This document shows positions 27,699 to 38,300 of a stretch of 50,030 bases of DNA, piece after piece (position 1 is the stretch's first letter; every line of letters begins with the position of its first letter). Origin of the DNA: a virus (Duplodnaviria; Caudoviricetes); the IMG/VR virus record IMGVR_UViG_3300030329_004005, positions 1 to 50,030 of that record. The stretch is one strand, 5' to 3'. Under the pieces are notes generated by a model that saw only the letters and a list, made by a program, of their open reading frames with translations, did no database searches and was not told where the DNA came from. A program made the translations under genes and the position numbers.

Positions 27699-28031
27699 AT
27701 GGCACATAAAAATAAAATACGTGGAAATAACCTTGAAAGAGAATGTGTTAATTTAGCAAAAGAAGAAGGGCTCTCTGCAAAGAGAGCCTATGCTTCTGAT
27801 GGAAGATCTTTAGGTAAATCTGAAGTTGTTGATGTCATTGTTGAAAATGTATGCATTCAAGCAAAAAGAAGAAAAAAAATTGCACAATGGTTATATCCTG
27901 ATTTCCATGGAGATGACGTAGACATGGTAGTAACAAGAATGGATAGAAAAGAACCTCTTGCTATACTACCATATAAGGAATGGCTTAAATTAATTAAACT
28001 GAAAGGGGAAGTAACGAATGAAGATCAGTAA
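27699..28031 (+). CDS. Holliday junction resolvase (Hjc-like PD-(D/E)XK)
   Basis: RGNNLERE...VDV...IQAK pattern. Confidence 0.75.
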   Translation: MAHKNKIRGNNLERECVNLAKEEGLSAKRAYASDGRSLGKSEVVDVIVENVCIQAKRRKKIAQWLYPDFHGDDVDMVVTRMDRKEPLAILPYKEWLKLIKLKGEVTNEDQ

Positions 28032-28188
28032 AGAAGAAATGAATGCAATAATGTCACTTGCACAAAAAATTATCAAAGAACAAGATAATTTAAAAAAAAG
28101 TGATAAAGAAATAATAAGAAGTTCAGAAGATTATCATGATATGACTGATTATATGGCACCTGAGAAATGTGAGGGATGCAATGACTAA
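28018..28188 (+). CDS. Small hypothetical protein (56 aa, C-terminal CxxC)
   Basis: Hand translation MKISKEEMNAIMSLAQK...EKCEGCND; AAGGGG SD. Confidence 0.55.
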   Translation: MKISKEEMNAIMSLAQKIIKEQDNLKKSDKEIIRSSEDYHDMTDYMAPEKCEGCND

Positions 28189-28345
28189 AAATAAAAAGTC
28201 AGATAATTACTTGGATTTATTTAATCCAGGAGAACTCTTGGTAATAAAGACTGCTTTACTTAATTTTAGAAAAGCACCTTTTGTATCAAAAACAGAGTTA
28301 ATAATTATTGAAGAATTATTAACTAGAATTAACGAAGAAAACTAG
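28181..28345 (+). CDS. Small hypothetical protein (54 aa)
   Basis: Hand translation MTKNKKSDNYLDLFNPGELLVIKTALLNFRK...; GAGG SD; fills the gap. Confidence 0.55.
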   Translation: MTKNKKSDNYLDLFNPGELLVIKTALLNFRKAPFVSKTELIIIEELLTRINEEN

Positions 28346-28357
28346 AAGGGAAATTAT

Positions 28358-28663
28358 ATGAATGATGAAGACTATTATAGTCTATTAGAAGGGATTAATG
28401 GTTCTGATGAAGGGCATATTATAAGTAAAGAAGAAGATCAATTAAGAAATTGGAAAAGAATAGAACATGGAAATGTTATTGGATGGGAAGATGTAGATGA
28501 AATATGGTGCACATCATGTGGATCAGCAGCAGATCCAAAATATCATAATCATATAACTATAGAAGATTATAAATTAATGGAAATAGTTGCTTATTGTCCT
28601 CATTGTGAAGATCACCATGAATTTGAACCAGAACTTGAGGAATGGGATGAAAAAAGAGTATAA
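28358..28663 (+). CDS. Acidic zinc-ribbon protein
   Basis: CTSC...CPHC pairs. Confidence 0.65.
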   Translation: MNDEDYYSLLEGINGSDEGHIISKEEDQLRNWKRIEHGNVIGWEDVDEIWCTSCGSAADPKYHNHITIEDYKLMEIVAYCPHCEDHHEFEPELEEWDEKRV

Positions 28664-28844
28664 AGATAAAGATATTAATTCGATGATACTATTTCTTCGA
28701 ATTAATAAACATGCAGAAATACAATATATAGATAATGATAATAATAAAACTTTTTATGATTATATGTCAAGAAGCACTTTAACAAGAAACCAGTTAGTTT
28801 CAGCTGCTTTAGATAAAAACTGGAAAGAAGATTGGAGAAAGTAA
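28647..28844 (+). CDS. Hypothetical protein
   Basis: Likely start MKKEYK at 28647 after a GAGG SD. Confidence 0.55.
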   Translation: MKKEYKDKDINSMILFLRINKHAEIQYIDNDNNKTFYDYMSRSTLTRNQLVSAALDKNWKEDWRK

Positions 28845-29047
28845 TGAAAGGCCAAACTTATGATAAAAATAATAATCCTATAAAAAAGGATTTTAATATT
28901 GAACAAGATGCAAAATGGAGACAAGAAGCATTAGAGTGGTTTAATAAAAAATATGGAGCATGGTATTATTTTACTAGTGTTCCTGTATTAAAAAGAAAAT
29001 CATGGATAGAACAATTTAGAAAAGAATATAGGTTGATAGAACAATGA
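28832..29047 (+). CDS. Hypothetical protein
   Basis: ORF track; likely ATG at 28844 (TAATG overlap). Confidence 0.55.
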   Translation: MEKVMKGQTYDKNNNPIKKDFNIEQDAKWRQEALEWFNKKYGAWYYFTSVPVLKRKSWIEQFRKEYRLIEQ

Positions 29048-29229
29048 GTAATAATAAAGAAATATTAGATTTAATACAAAAAAGATTAAAAATTGGTGCA
29101 GTTAAGTATGGCGAACAAGTCCCGATCGATGGATCAAGAGATAATTTAACTGAATCCATTGAAGAAGCATTGGATTTATCGGTTTATTTAGCAGCTGTGC
29201 TATTAGAATTGAAAAGAAGGGAAAAATAG
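29044..29229 (+). CDS. Small all-alpha NTP-pyrophosphatase-like protein
   Basis: RLKIGAVKYG...ESIEEALDLSVYL, a KYG plus EExxD pattern. Confidence 0.45.
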   Translation: MSNNKEILDLIQKRLKIGAVKYGEQVPIDGSRDNLTESIEEALDLSVYLAAVLLELKRREK

Positions 29230-29240
29230 AAGGGTGTTTG

Positions 29241-29288
29241 AAAAAAATCGTTCGAAGATGATTGTAGATCTTCGGGCGATTTTTTTTT
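29241..29288. terminator. Bidirectional intrinsic terminator between convergent units
   Basis: aaaaaatcgttcgaagat-gattgtag-atcttcgggcgattttttttt, with an A tract before and a T tract after the stem. Confidence 0.8.
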
Positions 29289-29345
29289 GGTATGAAGGTG
29301 AGGGTAGAGGGAGAAAGTGGATTCTAGGGGTGTTTTCGTGCGTTT

Positions 29346-32300
29346 TTAGCGATTTTTGTTGAATTCTTCTAATTTTTCCTTGTCTTCCCAATATTTTTCT
29401 GCTTGTTTTGATTCTCTTGTCATTCTTTGCTGTAATCTATGAATTGGAAGCCCAAATAAATTTTCAGCAAACATTACAGGATTGTCAAGTGTCTTGAATG
29501 CACTTGCACCTAGTCTTCCAAAAGGTACACTAGCAGGAAGTGTATATTGCCAATATGAATCCCAATCGCCTGTAATCCCTGCTCTTATAGGACCCAATGG
29601 TAATCTTGCTGTAGGAGGTGTTACAACAGCAAGTGGTGATAAAGCAGGAACACCATATGGATTGTAGAATGCTTTTCTTTTTTCTTCATCATCACCATAT
29701 AGTAATTGAACAATATCTTCTAACCAACCAAAAGGTGGTGCTAATGCATGTTCAAATAATGAAGAAAAGAATACTGAAGCTAAACCTAATTGTACTACAG
29801 CAATATTAGTCATTCTTCTTAATCTTTTTGTTGCTTCCATATCTTTTACAAATCTTGCAGCATCTGCATCTTTCTTTGCAAAATGCCATCTTCTTAAAGA
29901 GTTCCAAGTAAATGGATGGAATCTTGTCATCATTTTACCTAATGGAGTATTAGCAACATGTGGTCTTCTAGTAGCATGATAAATAAATTGAGATCTTTCT
30001 ACAATCATTCTTGCATAGTCCCATACAAAATCTCTATTGATTATTCTATCTTTACCAAAAGGATCACCTGTTACATTCATTTCATTTAATGCTTTTTTAT
30101 ATGCAGCAATAGCAGTATGAGTACGTAATAACATTTCAGAATGTCTCATAAATAAAGCACCATGTTTTACAATAGCATCAGATACACCATGAATATTTGA
30201 TAATTCTAAAACTGTTTTATCTACTTCTTTTGCATATCGTACTGCAGTTTCATTGGTATTATTTAATAAAGAAGGATCTTCTATAAATTTTTGTTTCATT
30301 TTTTTATTTAAATCTCTAAAGAAGTTTTTTGCTTCAGCCCCTTTAAAACGAGCATCATAAAGTGTATCCTGTTCTATAGTACCAGAAATAATACCTTTTT
30401 GAGTCATAAGCAAGTTAACATCTTCTTTAGCAGATCTAGGATTTATTTTTTCTGTTGTAAATTGTCCAGGATTTCTTGGATCTGGTCTTTGAAATTCTTC
30501 ACCTCTTAATATATTTACTCTGTCTTCATGTCTAATACTTGATTTCCAATGATCAAATCCAACATCTCCAATGATATTAGCTTCACCACTATAAACATTA
30601 GTCATCCATGCTTTAGGGTGATATAATAAAGATAATAAATTATATTTACCTTCCCATCTTGCTAAAGTATTCATTGATGTTCTTAAAGCTCTTCTTCTTG
30701 TATCAATATCTTCAGGTAAATCTTTAAGATTGATAATTCTTCCTAATCCAAATTTTTTAGCCCTACGATTAAGCCATTCCATTGCATCTGTTGAAGCACT
30801 TTCACTAGTATAAAAAGCAGGATTTGTAGAAAAAGTATAATTCAATGGACGAACTGTATACTGTTTAAAGAAACCTATTTTATCAATATTCTTAGGATCA
30901 ACTTGTTCTTGAAGGTTTATAACTCTTTGTTCATGAACTTTTGATTCAAAGTTTGCTTTTACAGCAGCATCATCTGGTTTTGGACCCATTTTAAATACTT
31001 GGTTGTTTATCCAAGATAATATTTTTTGTTCACCTTCCATTTTGTATTTTTTAGGTGCTGTAGCAAGTCCTGCTCCTAATTCTCCTATTACTTTTATTTT
31101 TTTGTAATCACCTTTATTAAAAGTTTTAATAATAGTATTTATATCTTCTTGAACAAGTTTTTCTATTTTAGGTCTATCAGCATCAGTAAAATATGATTCT
31201 TTCTTTTTATCAGGTGACCATTTTGTTCTAACTCCTATTGCATTAGATAGTCCTCTTATTTCTGCAGATCCACCAGTTCCTTTTCTAGCATTATTATCTC
31301 CAAAGACCCATAAGGTATCTTTTGCTTTACCTACATATCCTTTTAAATTAGTTATTTTTTTTGCTGGTTTAAAGGGTTCTACTACTATAGGTTTCTTTTG
31401 TATTTTTTTCAACTCTTCACTATAAGCACGTTTTTTCATAGCATATTGATCACCTCTACTAGGTTCAACTGTTTTTCTTAATATATCTATAAAATTTAAA
31501 TCTCTTACATATTCACCAGATAATCCTTTTCTTACCATTGCTCTAATTCCATCTATATTAAAGCTAGTAACATCATTTCTAGTCTTAATTTTTTTCCCTT
31601 TATTAGTATATTCTATATTATATAAACTATCTTCATCATTTTGTTCTGCTAATCTTTTTAACATCCCATAATGGTATTTAGTATATCCAAATTGCATAGG
31701 ATTATAAAGAGTTTCTCTATTCATCCATCCTTTCTGTGCGATTTGAACATAATTAATCCAATTTTCAGACATTTGTCCTATTTCTTTATCTTTTCTAGCT
31801 AATCTTTGAAAATCTTTAATTGCCATGTGGTTAGCTAGAAGTACCATTCTTTGGATATTGATGCTACTCATAATTTCATGATATCTAAAAGGAACACTCA
31901 TTCGTGTATCTTTGTGAGGTAAAGGGAAGGCTCCTCTTCTCATCAAAGGCCCAAAAGCTCTTCCAGGAGTAGATTTAGTTTGATAAGAATCATACATTCT
32001 AATATCGCCTTCAACTAAGGTATTTTCACGTTCTTCTATTCCTTTAACTCCAAGTCTATTTATTTGAAATTGAAGTTGATCGTATAAATGTTGTTTAATC
32101 TCTGGTTCAGTCATTTCTCCTGTTTCTAATTTCTTTTTATAATAAGGACTAAGTTGATCCATAGAAAATTGTGGTAATACTTCTTTCCCATCTTTAGTAA
32201 CTTTCTCACCTAATATCCAAGGTTCCATAACATCTTTAGAGAATTTCTTAATATTTTCTATGTCTGCTTTAATGTTTTGATGTCCTGACTGATAAGCATA

Positions 32301-35300
32301 GGCATTGGAAGTTAAATTTTCACTAGTAATTTCACCTTGTAAGTCATAATCTATCTTATTTTCTCTTTCATATTTTTCGATCCATTCTTTTATTTTCTTT
32401 AAAGTTGGGCCTTTTGCTTTACTTACGTTTATAGGATTATCAAATTTATCTCTTGGCATTTTTTCCTGAACATAATTTAATTTATTTAATTCATATAAAA
32501 TCCAGTTCATATCTTGACCAGAGAATACATAGTCGTTTATCTTATCAGGTGGTAATGACTTATTATTAAGGACATAATTTGTTATATAATGTATTTTATC
32601 CATATTAATAAGTTTTAAACCTCGTTTAATATATAAATACTCTTTTAAATCTTTTACATATGCTCTATCTGATGAAATATTTTTTAATTCTGATGGAGGT
32701 ACCTTGTATTTTTTAGCATTACCACCTGCTGCACCATCAAGTAAAATTGCTAAAGGTCCTTTTTCTGTTATTGGGCTACCGTCTTTCTCTATCAACATAC
32801 CCTTGCTATCTCTTTTGATTGATAAAAAGTTAGAACCTATATATCTATCACGACCATCAGTATAAGCTTTAGTATGTGTTTTTGCCACAAGTTTTATCAT
32901 ACTATCTAAATTTACCTTTCTAGGCTTTCCATCTATATCTCTAACTATAAATTCCTCTTTCTTTTCTTTCATTTCTTTTTCAATTTCTATTTTATCTTTT
33001 TGTGCTTTCTCATATGCCTGATTATATATAAATTTACTAAGATCAAGTTCATTTTTTCTTGGATATTTACCATCATTATATTCACGTTCTGCTGTAGCAA
33101 TATCTGATAGCCTATCTTTATATTTACCAAAGACTTTATAATCATCTAATTTTAAATATGGATCAAGCATTGCGTCTTTATAATCCTCAAGATGAGGTTT
33201 TTGTTGAGCTGATAATTCTTCAATTTTCTTTGTATTGTTAAGAACTCTTTCAAACATTGAAGTAGGACTTAAAACTTTCACTGGAACTATTCTTTTAATA
33301 TCACCATCTTTTGTAGTAACATATTTTTCTGTCCTTATTGTTTTGGCAGTAACTGAATTTGGTCTTCCAGCTTGAATATATCTATGCATCTTTGTCATAT
33401 CATCTGGATAATTCCAAGCCCAATCTTTCCTTAAATAAGGATCTCTAAGAGTAAGTATATCTACTTCTTTATCTTCTTCCAATATCTTTGCAATTTTCAT
33501 ATCATTTGCACTTAATTTAAATTCACTTTCAAGATAATTTACAAACATTTCAAAGTCTTGTCTGGTCATATCTTTCATATCTTTGGCTTTCATATTAAGA
33601 TCGGATTGCATTATTCTAAACAAATCTAAATAATTTCCACTCCATCTACCATTTGTACTAACATGAAAATCTACAAATCTATCTTTTAATACTAAATCTT
33701 CTATATATGGCTGTTGTTTTGGAAACTTTTTTAAAGCATCTTTAGTGGATATCTGTTCAGCCATTTGAACTGGGAACATTTCTTCAACTACTTTATGTCC
33801 TTCTTCTGCAATTCTTTCATTTAAATTTATATCTTCTAAACTTTTTTGTATTTTTTCTGGTAATTCTCTTTTAACTTCTTTAACTGCTGCTTCTGATGTT
33901 TCATAAAACTTAGTAGTAAAATCCATATATCTTCTATAATTTTCTGGAGTAATAGACTTAACTCTGTCATTATTATTATAACTACCAACTATTTTTTTAG
34001 CATTACCACCTCTTTGTTTATATAAATCTGATAACTTGCTCTGAAGAGATTGATTTTGTGGATCTAATCGAAGCTCTATCTCTTTTTGTTCAATTAATCC
34101 TTGAAGTCTATCGTGTTCTTTATATAGACTCTCTAAATTTGTAGATTTTACTAAAGGATTATCTCTCAAAACTGGGAAAGCCAACCACCACATATCATAT
34201 AAATTGTCTATACTCTTTTTTAATTCAATTCTTTCGTTAGTTGTAGTTTTTATTCCTAATCTATCAAAAAATTCCAATGTTTTATCTTGTGCTCTTTTTT
34301 TATTTAGTCTGTGCAATACAGTTCTTTTAGGAGCAGTTTGTCCTTCTGGTAAGTTTGCTTCTATTTCTCCCAATTTAATAGCATTGTTTTCACGTATAGA
34401 CTGTCTAATTATTTCCATAGCTGGTTCTCTTAATCCATGTTTAGTCATTACTTCTCGAAAACCTTCGCTAGAATGTAATGCTAAATAGTTTGCTAAAGCT
34501 CTGTGTGTATGCATTCTAAATAATTCTGGGGTTGAACCTATCTTTTTAAGTTCTCTAGCTGATACGTGTGTTAAGAACAAATTATGATAATCTAAATCTA
34601 CGCCTCGTAATTCTCTCCCAATTTCACTATTGCTAATAGCTTTGGTAAGAGGTTCAATCATCTTAATTATAGATTCACTCTCTGGAAGTATTTCTGTAAA
34701 TTCTTTTGGATTAAGATTCAACTTACTAAGATTTTCTCCTAATATCTTCCAACCATCTTCAACCCCTTTATACTGATCCATATATCTATTAACAATTTCT
34801 TGAGCTGAAGGTTGATCAGGAATTCTACTTTCTTTTCCTCTTAATAATAGTTGAAAATTCTTTGTATCTGTTAAGAAAGGAATTTGTTCAACAATTTTAT
34901 CCCATGGAGTATCTACAAGATTCATTGGTTTTCCATCTTTTTTAAGATTAAAATGTTTAAGAAGTTGATTACGTAATATTTCACTATATCCATCAATTTC
35001 TTTAACTTTAACAGCATCTACAAGTTCATTAGCAATGATTTCAGAATCTCTATCAATTCTTCTTGCTCCCTTTTCTCCAGGTACTGCATTTGATATTTCA
35101 ACTCCTTCTCCAAAATCTGTTTTTCCTTGCTCAATTAATGAATGCATACGCATAAAAGCTTTTTTACCAACATCTGCCATACCCAAAGAAGAGAATCCTT
35201 TACCAGAATTCTGAGCTTGTTTAATATTTTCTAAAGGATTTAAAATATGATAAGATGTTGCTAGGTCAGCTTCTTTTACTGCTCCAGTTAATCGTGAGAT

Positions 35301-38300
35301 TTCATTATGATCATCAAAGCTTTTCATTACTTCAAAAGGATTATTATTTTTATTATGAGCAAATTGAACCTCTTTCCTACCAAAAGAATCATTCCATTCT
35401 TTACCCATTATAAATATATTTGCTTTATCACCATCATTATCAGCACCAGACATCATTCTTTTATTAAATGCATCTACTACTATAGATAATCCCTTTCTTC
35501 CTTCTATGTATCCTTTCATTTTCCATATTCTAACATTGCTTATAGAATTTACAGGATCTCTTTTACCACTAAATCTTACATTCTCTAATACTTCTTTGTA
35601 AGTTTCTCCAGTCTTTATAGCTGGACTATTCATTAACCAATTGGTATTATTGTCTCTCATTTCAGTTAAATTATCAAAATATTCTTTTCCTGTTAATACT
35701 TGAATTATATTATCCTGTTTATCACGAATTGGTACTTTTATTACACGAGCTAAACCTTCTGACATTAAAAATTCATCATGTTTTATATTGAATTTTCTTT
35801 CTGTGATAGGATCATATTCCCTTAAAAGAACAGTAGCAGAATGTTTTATTCTAGGACTATTCATTCTTTCAGTTGTATACAACTTCAAAGCTGCTTCTAC
35901 GAATGCTCCGTGCCTTGCAAGAGTTTGGTGATGATAGCCTGACATTTCTAATTGTTCTTTAGTCTCGTATAAATCTCTTAAATTAATTTCTGCAAGTTCT
36001 AACTCTGAATACATCTCTATCTTTTTTTGGAAATCTACTTCACTTGATAAGCTATTAGTTTGTTTAAATACCTGTTTAAGGATAGATGCAATAGATTGTG
36101 TATGTTCTTTTTTATAATAATTATTTTTTGTATAATCATTAAGTTGATTAATATTAATATCGTCTATATCTAAATTCTTTCTACTAAATGCTTTTCTATC
36201 ATTAACAACATCTTTTACAAACTTTCTATTTGCTTTCTCAGTTCCTTGCATATCCTCTACTAATAGCTTTTCTAACATATCCATGTCCATATTAGTCTTA
36301 GTAGCTAAGTCAAATATAGGTTTAGATATTCTTATGTTTCCTATCTTTGTAAAGTCTTCTTTAGCACCACTATTAACATATATATCATCTATTCTAAACT
36401 TATATAAATTATTTTCTTGTAGTTCTTTTGCTTTAAATCCTTCTGGATATGTTATGCCAGCTTCAATAGTATCTGGTTTAAATCCTTCTCTAAATTCAAG
36501 TTGATCTTTTTCATTTATTCTACCTTCTTTTGGAGTAGTCATATGATTTATCATTAATACATCATTATCTCTCATCCATTTAGCATAAGCTGGATCTGCA
36601 GCAACAAGCAAATGCTTTAAAGATATCTCTCCCTTTCCTGGATTGATAAAAGAAGGTATATTAATAGTAGTTTTAATACTACCGACATTTGTATTTTGTC
36701 CATCAATTTTAGCAATTTCTTTAATCATCTCAGGAACAGTTAAACTAATACCATCCCAATCTGCTTCACGAGAAAGAATTAATTTAGCTTCTTTAGGATT
36801 ATTCATGCTACCATAAGGGATTTTACCGTGTGTGTTCTTCATCCACACCATATTAGCAGAACCAGTGTTTGTTAAGCTATCTAAAGGAACATCCCATCTC
36901 TTATGAGACTGTTTCTGAAAGAACTCTTCCTTATATTGTTCCTTCCAGTATGGTTTCGACTTTTGATCTGCGTATTTTGAATAAAGAGCAAGCCAATCAA
37001 TCTGTAATTGTTCTAAATCAGTTTTTCCCGTCAGTTTATTTTTCTTTCCTACGCCCCCTTCTTCTCTGATTGCATTCCCTAATTCAAAATCGAACTCTCT
37101 ATCTCTTATTGTCAGAGCATCTTTTCCATCAACTGTTTGATATCTGAACCCTTTTGGCTGTAAAACAATTACATTTTTTACACCAGCCATAGCACCAGCT
37201 TTTGCCCCCGCTTCATCTGCTCCTGATTGTCCTCCAGTTCTTATTTCTTTTATATTCAATTTTTTCTTAACTTCAATTAATAAACTTGAGACATATCTAT
37301 CTAATGATTTTTGTGTCCAACCAGTGCCAGTTCTATCAGTAAATTTCATAAATTTATTAATACTATTACCAGCAATATTAAGTATTATGCCATCTTTTAA
37401 TTTTTCTTTTCCAGCATGTTTTACAATATGATCAACTATTTTATTAGTATGTTCTTTTAATGAAGTTGATGATGGATTAATTCCTATAAAAGAGTTCTTT
37501 CCATTTTCAGATTCTCTTGAAAACTTTTCAGTAAGTCTCATACCAGCACTTTTTGAATCAACAGATATACCAAGAGTAAAATCTGTAGGACCATTAGGAT
37601 AGCCATAACCTGTTGCATTTCTATAGGTTCTATTATGATATCTTTTTACAAATTCTTCTCTATCAGATTTATTTTTTCCTCTAAATACTTTATTAGTCTT
37701 CATATTGATTATCTTATTATTATTAAAATAATTCATCATAATATAAGGACTAATATGTTTTTCATTATCTTGAGTTAATTTTATTTTTTGAAATACCCTT
37801 GAGTTAGGATCGTATTCTGGATTACCTCCTGGAAAGAATTTACGTAATTCTTTAAAATAAGGCTTCATTGGTATTTCAATACCATAAGGTAGTTTTAAAC
37901 GTTTACTAAATGATGATATAGATTTATGAAGATCATTTTCTGCCCACTCTAGTATTGTTAATGGATTTTTATAATAGTTATAAGCTTTTTTACCAGATAA
38001 GTTTTTTCCATCAGTCATTCCCATGAATCTTAATCGCCATATATATTTCCCTACAACTGAATCTATCATTTCTTGACTAGGATTTTTCTTTCCTATACTT
38101 TTATCTTGTTCTCGTATTTTATTATATATAAATTTTCTTTGTTTTTTAGTTAAAGTATTTTTACCATCTGCCCTTAACCAAGGATATTTTAATAATACAA
38201 TTCTACCTGTATCTCCTTGTCCGCCATAAAATAAAAGTTTCTTTTTAGCAAACTCTGGAATTCCTTGTTTTTCCCAATATTTCATAGAAATAAAAGGTTC

